This document shows positions 25,981-40,337 of a DNA stretch of 64,000 bases, one piece after another; positions within the stretch are counted from its first letter, which is position 1; each line of letters opens with the position of its first letter. A model generated the notes under the pieces. It did not search any database and was not told where the DNA came from. It saw only the letters and a program-made list of their open reading frames with translations. A program made the translations under genes and the position numbers. Source of the stretch: Octopus vulgaris (Eukaryota); the NCBI GenBank assembly GCA_951406725.2, contig OX597821.1, forward strand, positions 102,238,001-102,302,000, written 5' to 3'.

Positions 25981-26290
25981 GGGCAGCACTTCCATAACAC
26001 TACATTACCAGTTGCAGATTCACCAGAGAGGCAGTCCTTCCATAACACTACAGCAATGGTCACAGATTTCGTCACAGGGGCAGCAGTACCATAAAAGTAC
26101 AGCAACGGTCGCAGATTTTGCCACAGGGCTGGCAGTTCTATAACACTACTAGTGACAGGCTCACATTTTGCCACTGGAGCCGCCACTTCATAGCAATACG
26201 GGTAACCATATCAAATTTTGCCACAGGAACAGCATCTTCAGAACAGTACTAGTAATAGTTTCAAATTTCCCCACAAGGGCAGCAATTTTC
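25980..26290. repeat. Degenerate ~50-bp minisatellite, ~6 copies
   Basis: Recurring ggcagca.ttccataacactaca....g.tcacagattttgccacagg. Confidence 0.75.
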
Positions 26291-26299
26291 AAAATTGGA

Positions 26300-26765
26300 A
26301 ATAACACTGACATCTCATTTTAACAGATTTATTTACCAAAATTACATAAAAATATCTTCAAATACTAAAGTGTAAATTTATTCAATAAAATCACCTTTGG
26401 GCTTGAACCACGGCCTCCAGATGACTTCAGAATCTCCTGCAACTCTTCTGGACAGTCTCCTTAGTTAAGTTGGTCAATGGTGCCATAATCATTGCCTTCA
26501 GTTCATCTTTGGTACAAAAGGATGTTTGTTGGTCTCTCATTCAACTGCGCCCCACACATAATAATCAAGGTGGTTGCAGTCTGGGGAGTTAGGTGGCCAG
26601 ATGTTAGGGGTGATGTGGTTGCAGAAATTATCTAACAGACATGACTGGGTTCTCCTGCTTGTGTGGTGTGGTGCAGAATCCTGTTCTTAGACATAGGGTC
26701 TTCCAGCAGCCACCCTCTTGATCTAGGGCAGCACTACCTCCTTCAGGTATTTGATGTAGGCCTCC
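26300..26765 (-). mobile_element. Tc1/mariner DD37D (maT-type) transposase 3' fragment
   Basis: QDSAPHHTSRRTQSCLLDNFCNHITPNIWPPNSPDCNHLDYYVW, with 37 residues between the catalytic Asp residues. Confidence 0.82.
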
Positions 26766-28253
26766 ATATTGAATGTCCCATAACTTAATGGTTTGGCAAA
26801 AGAGACCAATATAATAAGTACTAGGCTTACAAAGAAGAAGTCTCGGGGTTGATTTGTTCACCTAAAGGTGGTGCTCCAGCATGGCTGCAGTCAAACGACT
26901 GAAACAAAAAAAAAAAAAAGTGAATAGATACTCTTTCTTTTTTCTCTTTTTATTTGTTTCAGTCATTTGACTGTGGCCATGCTAGAGCACTGCCTTTAGT
27001 AGAGCAAATCGATCCCAGGACTTATTCTTTGTAAGCCTAATACTTATTCTATCGGTGTCTTTTGCCAAACCGCTAAGTTACAGGGACGTAAACATACTAA
27101 CATCGGTTGTCAAACGATGTCGGGGGGACAAACACAGACACACAAACATATACACACATGTATATATATATATACATATATACGACGGGCTTCCTTCAGT
27201 TTCCATCTACCAAATCCACTCACAAGGCCTTGGTCGGCCTGAGGCTATAGTAGAAGACACTTGCCCAAGGTGCCACGCAGTGGGACTGAACCTGGAACCA
27301 TGTGGTTGGTAAGCAAGCTACTTACCACACAGCCACGAAAATGATTGATAAGTATCTGGACGTAGCAAAACAAGTCAGAAAGAAAGTTAAGCGTAATTTA
27401 TCACTTGTGTTACTGGAACACAGAAAACAGCAGGGAAACAGAAAATGTTGAAAAGAATGAGAAACATTGGAACTGAGATGTAGGAAGTGACGGAAGGTGG
27501 GGGTGGGGCAGAAAATGTTTTGTTCTAATTTCTAACAGGATCCTTTGCAACGTCAATGACAGTTGTGAAGATCTGTCAATAAATCTTAAGATATTATTGA
27601 TTGGTTCACACGATGGATGTGAATATTTATAGCTCAACACCAGCAACTGCAACTTCTATGACTCAGTGGTTAGAGCACTGGGCTCACAATCATGATATAG
27701 TGAGTTTGATTCTTGGATGGGGCTGTGTGTTGCTCCAGTTCATTCACCAGCTGTAGAAATGAGTCGTGATGTCATCGGTGCTAAGCTGTATCAATTTTTG
27801 TGCCTATTCCTTGGATAACATCGATGACATGTGAGGGGAGACTGACATGCATGGGTGACTGCTAGTCTTCCATAAATAATTTTACTTGGACATGTGCCCC
27901 AGAGGGGAACATTCTAGGTGCAATCCCATGGTCATTCAGACTGAAGGGGATCCTTATATAGATATACACACACATATATTATCTGGTACTTATTCTGTCA
28001 GCCTCTTTTACTGTACTGTAAAGTTATGGGGATGTAAACAAACCATCACCAGTTGTCAAGCAGAGAGAAAGACAACTACAAACACATACAATTATTTCTA
28101 TCTGCCCCTTTACATATATATATATATATGTGTGTGTGTGTGTTAGAAGAAATAAGGTACTCAGAAATGTGGATGGTTTTATAGTTACAGATTTTTATAA
28201 ATCATATATTAGCACTTGCATCTACTCTAGTGGATTCTTCAGATTCATATATA

Positions 28254-29255
28254 TATTAGGTCGTCAGGTATGAAATTTGTCGTAAGGTATATGGTAAACT
28301 TTGACAGGTGCTCATTTTGCACCATTATTATATTTTGACAATTTTTATTTTTTGTTAGAAAGCTGACACATCTATTTCTTTATTCTAACTCATTTTGTGT
28401 TTTATAAAGTATTTATACATCGTTTTTTGCTATTTTTGTTTAGAGATGGATAAGTTGGAAATTCATACAGTTTTGAAATATGAGTTCTTTCTTGGAAATA
28501 CAGCATCACAGACAACTCGGAATGTTAATGGAGTATTTCATTCTAATGTTATTACACACCAGACAGTACCAAATTGGTTTGCAAAATTTTGTTCTGGTAA
28601 CTTTGACCTCACACATGAGCAATGCGGTCAACCAGAAACAAAGGTGGATAATGACAAACTGAAAGACACCATTGAGTCAGACCCATTTTAAAGTTCCCAT
28701 GAATTATAGTTGTTGTTTGGTGTTAGCAACAAAACAATATTGACTCACCTAGTTGAAATCAGTAAAAGGAAAATGTTGGATAAGTGGGTTCCACATGAAC
28801 TCAATGGAATTCAGAAACAGCAATGTTTGGAAGCTTGCATTATGCTAATTTCTTGTCACAAAAATGAAATATTTTTTAATTGAATTGTGACATGTGATGA
28901 GAAATGGATCCAATACAACAACCGTAAATGTTCAGCACAATGGTTGGACTAAGATGAGCCACCAAAACACAGTCCAAAAAGCAAAATTCATCAAAAGAAG
29001 CTGATGGTGTGTGTTTGGTGGTCTGGCACAGGTGTGATCCATTACAGTAATCCTGGCTCATCAATAACGGCCAAAGTATATTGCAGCCAACTGCACCAAA
29101 TGATGCAGAATCTTACAAAATAACAGCCTAGATTAGTCAACAGATCTTATCCTATTTTATTGCAAGTCAACACCAGGTCACACATCGCAAAAATGACATT
29201 GGCGATACTACAGGAGTTGCTGTTAGAAGTTCTCCATCATCCACCATACTCACCT
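28254..29255 (+). mobile_element. Mariner (DD34D-type) transposase pseudogene, 3'-truncated
   Basis: TA-TTAGGTCG left end; ATG at 28446; WVPHEL, IVTCDEKW and HPPYSP motifs; several in-frame stops. Confidence 0.92.
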
Positions 29256-29269
29256 GGTGTGTAGAATGT

Positions 29270-30120
29270 GTGAGAAGTTTTCTTGTTAAGTGTGGGTGGG
29301 ACACACAGTGCTTCTAGAACTCAATTTTGCTGATGTGGGCAGGTCTTCTCTAGAACTTTATATCGACAGACATCTTGGCCCATTGTCATTTTCTCCATGA
29401 GGCACGACATCCTGAGATCGATCCTTACCACTTCATCCCACGTCTTCCTGGATCTCCCTCTTCCACGGGCACCATCCACTTTCAGTGACTGGCAATTATT
29501 TAAGCAGCTGTCCTCATTCATATCCATCACATGTCCAATAGTCTTCTCTCTTGCATGCTACATTTGATTCCTCTTATGTCCAACTTTTCTTTCAATATAT
29601 TTGTACTTTGCCGTACCTGTGTACTGATGTTGCATATTCAATGGACCATACTACCTTCATTGCTCTTCAGTTTATGCATGTCTCCAGCATTCAGAGCCTA
29701 TGTCTCACTACCATGGAGTATAGCTGTGCGCACACAGGCATCATATAGTCTACCTGAGAGAGAGTCCTTTTATTGCCAACAGAGGTAATATCTCCACCCA
29801 ATTCTTATTCTACAAACAATACTTTCAGAACATCCTCCACCATTGGTAATTTGCTCACCTATGTAACAGAAACAATCTACAACATCAAGAGAACCTCCTG
29901 AGAATCTAAGTCCTGTATGATCATAGTTCTTATTGTTCTTGTACATCTGCAACATACAAAGATGACTTTATCTGTTAATCTACCTGTGATTCCACTGCAC
30001 CTCTTATGTGTCCATAGTTTATACTGGGTGCAATGAATGGAATTTCTTCCAACTCCTTTCCTACATATTGAGCAGGGCCATTTACCTGACAGAGAGTTTT
30101 ATCTTCTTTCTTACTAGAAA
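29270..30120 (-). mobile_element. RTE LINE 3' fragment, same family as 16140-17760
   Basis: FCYIGEQI, LHGSET, GARGRGRSRKTWDEVV; high similarity to 16150-16640. Confidence 0.88.
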
Positions 30121-32699
30121 TTAACGAAGTGAAATAGCGAGTCTGTGTAACATTTATCTAGGATTAAGTGACAATGAAATAAGTACAACAAAACATATTA
30201 CAGGTATCATAAAGCCATTAATATAATTGAAGACACAACTAAACTCTGAGAGTACATTGTTAGTTTAGTAATCTATATACATTTGTGATATGATTGATAA
30301 ACTGTTGTTTAAGGTAACAAAGTTGGAGGTAGATGATTTAATAAGAGTTGACAGAAAGGCAAAGAAAATTAATTATACCAATTAGGATGCTTCATGAAGA
30401 AAATAAAGAAAAACAAAAAATACATTACTGACATGCTTTGTCGCTTACTAAATTGTTTTATTGTTTTATCGTTGTGTATTATTTATTATGGTTTAAAGAA
30501 TGTAATATTCTAATAAGTGAATACATGTATCGTAGTTAAGTTAGCTAACATATTTAATGCAGGGTGAATAAAAAAGAGCTAACTAGAAATAATTAATTAG
30601 AGTTGTACAAAACAATGTTGAGTAAGATACATGTGTATACAATCATATTTATCATATTCATGTATACTTGGACATGGAAAGACTTTTTGCTGCAGAAATA
30701 GTCTCAGGAAGAAATTTTCTTGTCATCACACCATCACAATTGTCATCGTCATTTAATGTCCACTTTCCATGCTGGCATGGTTTAGACAGTTTGACAGGAT
30801 CGAGCCAGCCAGAAGGTTTCACCAGGCTCTAATCATCCGTTTTGGCATGGTTTCTACAGCTGTATGTTCTTCCTAATGCCAACAACTTATAGAGTGCACT
30901 TGATGCCTTTTATGTGGCACAAGCACAGGTCCGTTTTTTGTAGCCCCATCATGAGGCATTTTTTTTTCATGATGACTGGCATCCGTGCTAGTGGAGCGCT
31001 AAGAGCACCATCCGAGCATGATCGTTGCCAGAGTAGCAACTCCTGCATTTGACATAAGTTGAAAACTATACATATATTTTATCTAAGAAGAAAACAATCC
31101 CATTTACCAAAAAAAAAAAAAACATAAGAATTATTGAGGCACAAAATGAGATTCATGAATAGTTTTTTAAGGATCACTAAATCTGCTTTGCCACATCTGC
31201 CCATGAAGATATGATGTAAATAAAACATCACTAGTCCCACATTGTTACTGGAGTTTCTTCTTGGTGAACATCCACACAAGAAGGAGTCTGTTAATGTGGC
31301 ATAATGAGGGTGTTCTCTTGATAGAATTAAGGGATTTCACCAGATTTCTTGATGAAATTATGGGACAGCACTGTTCTCACTTCTGCTCAATTAACTTTCA
31401 CTTTTTTTTAAATCCTTAAACAGCGTGTTTGAATTAATGTGCAAGAAATTGGTTATGCTTCTACAACGCACAAAAATATTTTAGTAATTTTTTTTTATAC
31501 ACTTCATAATGATATTTAATTATAAAAATATAATAGGGTGTTTTTTTAAACATTGAATGGGTATGAAGGTCCAATAGAGTAGAGTAGGAATCAAAAGGGT
31601 CCATAGGTAAAAAAAAAAATGGTTGAGACATACTACCTTAACTCAAAATGTATGGGCTTGTGCCAAAGTTTAGAATTCCTTTACTTTAAATTCTTTACTA
31701 CTACTACTATTACTACTACTAGTAGTAGTGTCACCACTGCCACCGAAACTGCTGCAACTGCCGCCACCACCACTACCACCACCACCACTGCCACCGCCGC
31801 CGCCGCCACCACCACCACCACCACTACCACTACCACTACCACCACCACCACTGGTATTGCTCTTCTCTTTCCTTTTAATTCATTCATTATTTACTTATTT
31901 ATATATTTATTTATTAAATGTTTATTGGGCATTTTTATTTCTGTTCCCAAGTCATAAATTTTTTTTAAAGAAATGAGAAGTAGACATAAAGAAATAAATC
32001 CCAAAACCCCGGTGTCAAGAAACACAGAATCTAGTGCCTGTAAAGTACCATCTCAGTGTCAAAGCTGAAAGAACAACAACAACAACGACGACAACAACAG
32101 TAATAGTAATAGTAGTAGTAATAATAATAATAATAACAATAATAACAATAATAACAATAATAATAACAACAACAACAAAAACAACAAAAACAATAATAAT
32201 AATAACAACAACAACAATGATAATAATAAACATTGGCCAAATTATTCTTCAAGATACAACATGCCTTTTCCTTGAAGCCAATGATCCCAACCCATACATG
32301 CCTATATGCAAACACACCCACACACACACACACACACACACAGAAACGCACTCACACGCACACATACATATTACTGAATAAGAAATGCTTTATGTCACTC
32401 AACACTTCCCCCGTCACCAAAGCCACATTTTCTTAACCATTTACTTACAGCAAAGAGTTCTTTTTTAATCGACATACTTAATGCCAGCAGGTAAGTCTCT
32501 GTTTAGCGTTATTCTTTTGCGTCTTAAGTCCTCAGCGCTTTCTTCATTCTCACCACTCCACTTATTATATCTCTGTGTCTCTTTCCATATACATATGTAT
32601 ATACATATATGCACATACATACATATATATGCAAATATAAATATATATTTATATATACATACATATAATTAAATGTTAAAACGATAATGTTGGTGATGT

Positions 32700-33324
<625 letters not shown>

Positions 33325-33329
<5 letters not shown>

Positions 33330-33740
33330 TTTGACCGACCAGTCCATCAGGCGTCCATTTGACACCGCTGGTCACAGCACGCTGTCCACTCCTCTCTGGA
33401 TCGCGCCTTTCTCATCCACGTGATCCCAATCATCCTCCTGAAATCATAACTCCACCGTCATGGAGGCCTTTCGGGTAGTCATTTCCACTCGTGCGGGTAC
33501 CACTCGACAACTGCACGGGTCCACCGATTATTGGTGAGCCGGGCGACGTGTCCAGCCCATCTAAACTTGCTGCGTGTATATATATATGGCATAGTTCATC
33601 AATGACTTTTCTCCACTGCCGTCAACTCCGGGCTGTCTTTTTTGCTTCTCTCGAGTTGGATTCCTGCTTTTTCACCCCTGCCTCAGTATCCTGCCTCCAG
33701 TTATTTTTTGGCACCCTCTATTCTGCCTCCCTTGGGCGTT
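33325..33740 (-). mobile_element. Two RTE-clade LINE 3' end fragments
   Basis: RWAGHVARLTNNRWTRAVVEWYP (33495-33562) and NWRQDTEAGVKKQ (33665-33705). Confidence 0.7.
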
Positions 33741-34509
33741 CATGTTTCCTTGTGGGGAGCCCTTCCTCTCACATGCCTTGAATTTTCATAGTTTTGAATT
33801 GTCATTGATGTTTCTGTAACTTTGCAATTTTCAAGGTGGTAGTTTTTGTCCAACACAAACTCGTTTTAAACGTCTGGGAAGAGTAGGTCCTGATTAGTCT
33901 GCCCTCTACCTTTTGACCTGCCAAACATGTGAGACTGACATAGTTCTTGTAGTCATCGAGGCACACAAGCCACCATGCTGCAATGATTCCTGATGGTTAA
34001 AACTTCTTAGGGTCACACACAGTAGATATTTCATTGCAGCAATCAAATTACCACACATTGTGACAATGAAGCACAGCAATTTCCATAGTTTCAGACAAGT
34101 GGAAGGTGTAGTAGCGATGGGTGTAGATGTAATTCTTCAGTCTTCTGTATGGTTACCTTCTCTGTCAAAGAACCGCATGGTGAAAATCATAGTCTCCATT
34201 GACCATTAATGGATGGACTCAACACCTTCTCCTTCTGCTTTTTTAAAAAATTTCATTCTCTCTTTTTTTAACTAATTTATTTGTTATTTTATTTTAAATT
34301 TTTTATTCGTATTTAGAACATCTATTTTGGCAACTGCTTGGCTATTATCAAATTTGCCAAAAAACTATGCATGTGTGTGTGAGTGTAGGTATGTACGTAG
34401 GTATGAATGAATGTATCTAGGTAGGTAAGTCTATGTGTAGATATGTATGAATGTATGTATGTATATACATACATATATACATATATGATATATATATATA
34501 TGATATATG

Positions 34510-34571
<62 letters not shown>

Positions 34572-34947
34572 TATATATGTGTAAGGCAGTTTTTCCCCAA
34601 GTAGGAGTGTTCAGATTAAATATGTACAAAAAGTAATGTAAAGTTTACTGTGCAAGAATTTATAACCTGTCAATAAATAAAGAGTCCTTCACAGAGATTT
34701 CGGAAATAGCTCCACTACTTAAGAGATTTAAGATAAGAAAACATAAAAATTCTTTTTCAATCAGGAGATTATCTCTACAAACAATATCCGTAGTTTCTAT
34801 TCATTTGACCAAATATTTTGTTGGTTTAGAATTATAAACAAAAACACTCTACATGTAAGAGATTATAAGTAAATGTTCTCTCTTGAATGGCAATACATAT
34901 TTGTATGTGTATACATATCTATGTATATATATATATGTATATATACA

Positions 34948-35026
<79 letters not shown>

Positions 35027-36484
35027 ACGTGTGTACACATATGTGCAGGACTGGCTCCTGTGCAGGTGGCATGTAAAAAACAGCATTTGAGTGTGGCCAT
35101 TGCCAGTACTGCCTGACTGGCCCTTGTACCAGTTGCACGTAAAAGTACCCACTACGCTGTTGGAGTGGTTGGTATTAGGAAGGGCAACCAGCTGTAGGAA
35201 CTTTGCCAGATCAGATTGGAGCCTGGTGTAGCCATCTGGTTTGTCAGTCCTCAGTCAAATCGTCCAACCCATGCTGGCATGGAAAGCGGACATTAAACGT
35301 TGATGATGATGATAATATGTACATACATACATACATATACACACACACACACACACACACATACACACATATATATATCATCATCATCATCATCATCATC
35401 GTTTAACGTCCGTTCTCCATGCTAGCATGGGTTGGACTGTTCGACCGGGGACCTGGGAAACCAGAAGGCTGCACCAAGCTCCAGTCTTATCTGGCAATGT
35501 TTCTACAGCTGGATGCCCTTCCTAACGCCAACCACTCATTGAGTGTAGTGGGTGCTTTTTACGTGCCACCTGCACAGGTGCCAGGCGAGGCTGGCAACGG
35601 CTACAGTCGGATTGGTGCATTTTACGTGCCACTGGCACGGAAGCCAGTCAAGGCGGCACAGGCATCGGCCACGATTCGGATGGTGCTTTTTACATGCCAC
35701 CGGCACGGAAGCCAGTCAAGGCGGCGCTGGCATCGGCCACGATTTGGATAGTGATTTTTATGTACCACCAGTCCAGGGGTCCTGGCATCTGCCGGGTGCT
35801 TGTCGTCAGATGAGGTTCGATATCGACTTCGCTTGCCTCAACAGGTCTTTGTGTGTCCAAGGGAGGAAAGGCATGCATATCAATTTCACAAATTAGACAG
35901 AAGCATGACGTGGCCGATGACAGTACCGCCTGATTGGCACGAGTGCCAGTGGAATGTTAAAAGCACATCCGAACGTGGGGTATAAGCAGCCCACTTATGA
36001 GTACTCCTCATTCATTGGACAATGAATTTTGCTTATGAAGACCTATTGAGGCAAGTGAAAACAAATTAAAATTGCTGACATGGCCGATAATTGGTACTCA
36101 TGCCAGTGGAATGTTAAAAGCACATCCGAGCATGATCATTGCCAGGGCCATGGATTTGCTCCCATGCCAGTGACACATGAAAAGTACCATTCGAGCATGA
36201 CCATTGCCAGCATCGCTTTACTGGCACATGTGCTAGTGGCACGTAAAAACACCTTTTGAGTGTGGTCGTTGCTAGAACCACCTGACTGGCCGTTGTGCCG
36301 GTGCCAGATAAAAGCACCCACTACACTCTCAGAGTGATTGGCATTAGGAAGGGCACATCCAGCTGTAGAAACTTTGCCAGATCAGATTGAACCTGGTGTA
36401 GCCTCTGGTTCACCAGTCCTCAGTCAAACAGTCCAACCCATGCCAGTAGGGGAAAGCGGACATAAAATGATGATGAAGATGATG

Positions 36485-36545
<61 letters not shown>

Positions 36546-36984
36546 GATGGGCTTCTTTCACTTTCTTATTTCTTTACTGTACACAAGAGGCTACACACAG
36601 AGGGGACAAACAAGGACAGACAAACGGATTAAGTCAATTATATCGACCCCAGTGCATAACTGGTACTTATTTAATTGACCCCAAAAGGATGAAAGGCAAA
36701 GTCGAGCTCAGCAAAATTTGAACTCAGAATGTAGCGGCAGACAAAATACTGCTAAGCATTTCGCCCGGCGTGCTAACGATTCTGCCAGCTCGCCGGCTTC
36801 TTTCAGTTTCTGTTTATCAAATCCTCCCACAAGACTTTAGTCAGCCAGAGGCTATAGTAGAAGACTATTGCTCAAGGTGTCATGCAGTGAGACTGAACCA
36901 GGAACCATGTGGTTGGGAAGCAAGATTCTTACCACATAGCCACGTCTGTGCCTATTTTTACTGCCAAGCTGGTGTTAGAACACC

Positions 36985-37223
<239 letters not shown>

Positions 37224-37254
37224 TATGTATATATGTTCTATATATATATAACAG

Positions 37255-38655
37255 CCACATATATTTTCATTAGTGGTGACTTCAACTACCCTGAAACTGA
37301 ATGGGAACCTTTTCATTGGTAATAACACTTTGGACCTGCTCTTTACCACCACTCCTAGAACTGTTATCAGTGTTGTGACAAAGGAACCTCTAAGTGACTC
37401 CAATCATGCTATGATCATTGCCATTCTGTCTCTTGTAGGCAGAAACAAGAAGCACCACCACCTTCAAACCACTCGCTTTGACTGGAACTGTCACCGTAAG
37501 GAGTTACGACACCTAAACTGGTTTGAATTTTACAATTCAAACCGGTTATGATCTTATGCACCCAATAAAAGTATTATTGTTAAGCTGGAACTGTTGCTAG
37601 TGTAAAAAGAAATGGAATGGTGAAATTATTTTCTAGTTTTCTGAAAAAGCAATGTTTTGGACTTACGATACTTTTGCATAATAGCAATGATATGTGTGTG
37701 TGTCTGTGTGTGTGTGTGTGTATACATATACATATATGTATGTATGTATGTATGTGTGTATGTATGTAGGTATATGTGTTTGTATATATATGTTTTCTTT
37801 CTGTTTCTTTTCTTTTATTTGTTTCAGTCATTTGACTGTAGCCATGCTGGAGCACTGCCTTTAGTTGAGCAAATCGACCCCAGGACTTATTCTTTGTAAG
37901 CCTAGTACTTGTTCTATCGGTCTCTCTTGCTGAACCACTAAGTGATGGGGATGTAAACACACCAGCATCGGTTGTCAAGCGATGTTAGGAGGACAAACAC
38001 AGACACACAAACATATACATACACACACACACACACATATGATGAGCTTCTTTCAGTTTCCGTCCACCAAATCCACTCACAAGGCTTTGGTCAGCCCGAG
38101 GCTATAGTAGAAGACACTTGCCCAAGGTGCCTCGCAATGGGACTGAAGCCAGAACCATGTGGTTGGTAAGCAAGCTACTTACCACACAGCCATTCCTGCA
38201 CCTATGATCTTTTCTCCACCTCATCTAAATGTATATATACATATATTATCTATCTACCTACCTATTTATCTTTAAAATTATCAACCATCGTACCAACAAT
38301 AACTCTGAGCACCTTTTTAAACTCCACCCATCTAACACCCGTGGACATATTTACAAAGTCAGGAAACAGCACAGCTCCCATGACTTCAGGAAACATTTTT
38401 TCACGCTGAGAGTTGCTGAAGCATGGAACAAACTGCCGGTATTAGTTGTTAGTTGTCGGAGCACTGCATCCTTCAAAATTTCCATGCTTTCTGAGATTCG
38501 CCAACATACACTTGATTTTCTCCCCTCCATACACACGCATGCATGTATCTGACTCATGCATTGTTCGCTTTCCAGACATTTGTACGTTACTGCATATATT
38601 CTGACCAGTTGTGGTGCACCTGAGCACTGTATACAATAATTTCATTATTTATTAT
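37255..38655 (+). mobile_element. CR1-type LINE fragments (endonuclease end and RT C-terminus) separated by a SINE
   Basis: [23 protein letters not shown] at 37260-37410; TRGHIYKV..RKHFFTLRVAEAWNKLP at 38270-38490. Confidence 0.8.
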
Positions 38656-38668
38656 TTATATTTAGCTA

Positions 38669-38699
<31 letters not shown>

Positions 38700-38712
38700 T
38701 TCTATCTATCTG

Positions 38713-38759
<47 letters not shown>

Positions 38760-39135
38760 GTCTATCTGTCTGTCTGTCTGTCTATTTGTATGTATGTATG
38801 TATGTATGTATGTATGTATGTATGTATGTATGTATGCATGCATGTATGTATATCTTCAGTAAATCATAAATCCGAAAGAGAAGCACACTCTAAATTAACG
38901 AGTAGTAGAGCATTTAGATAAACATAGTTATGGCCAGTCTATGAGGTTACCAAGGGTTTTGCATCCATAAACACTCAGCTTTACAGCATCTTGCCAGACC
39001 TTAATGGTGAGTGGCCTATAACCTAGGCCACCGCCCATCAGTGTCTGACGAGACGCTGCAAATCTAAGTACTTTATGGACACGAAACCCATAGGCCAGCC
39101 ATAACTATCTTTATCTAAATATGTATATAGTATAT

Positions 39136-39193
<58 letters not shown>

Positions 39194-40195
39194 ATGTATA
39201 TATATATATGTATGTATGTATATATACAACTACCAAAGTGCTGTTTTCAAGGTAGCTTATTAACACTAGCATATGTGTGTGTGTGTGTGAAGAAGTGAGT
39301 GTATAAGTGTGTAAATGTGCGTGTTAGTATATATCGAGTCAGAGAGTCAGATAATGGAAGCTAAGTGCGGTTGCTAGAAAGCTGGTTTACTTAAGGATTG
39401 TACAAATAAACGTTGACTGATAAATTGTCTCCTATCTCTTTATTTAAGATAACTGTAACAGTAAAAATGATGTAAGTCATGTCTCAGCAGTAACACCAGC
39501 ATCAGCAGCAGTAGTAGTAGTAGTAATGGTACTGAATAGTGGTTGTGGTGGTGGTGGTGGTGGTTGTGGTTGTGGTGGTGGTTGTGGTATAGTGATGGTG
39601 GTGGTGGTGGTGGTGGTGGTGGTGGTGGTAGTGGTTGTGCTGGTAGCAATAGTAGCTGTAGAAGTAGTTGTAGTAGTAGAAGTAGTAGTGGTGATAGTGT
39701 GGTGGTTGTAGTAGCAGCAACAACAGTGGGTTTTTTTTTCCTCTCTCTTTCACAGTTTAGCCAGGGAAGGAAGGGCAGCAGTTATGACTATTTTTTCAAA
39801 GCATCTGAATTTGGGGGGGGGGGGGGGCAGGGGAGAGGAATTGTCCTAAAAACTGGAGGCTTGACTCTACTACTTGCCAGGAAGTGTACTTGTATCAAAG
39901 GACCCCAAAGACCAGGTGGTAGCATTAAACCACATGACGAATTGAGGCTGTAACCCCAAAAACCCGGAACACAAAGAGCTGGAACAAATACCACAAGATA
40001 TCTCATCCAGATATACAATCAGTTGCCCTGAGCTGGTATTCTATTTATTCTAGCAGGTTAAGAGGCCACACATAGGTTTCTTATTGTAATTGTTGGTAGT
40101 GGTATGTTGATGTTTTAGTGAGATAGTGAATTAAACTGTCCATTTAGATGAGGTGTTGAAGCGATCAGATGGTGTAAAGGTTTGACACTAGCAGA

Positions 40196-40337
<142 letters not shown>

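Noticed and set aside
25980-26290. Regularly spaced repeats resembling a CRISPR array
   Set aside because: Eukaryotic context, contiguous degenerate units without unique spacers, and no cas genes.
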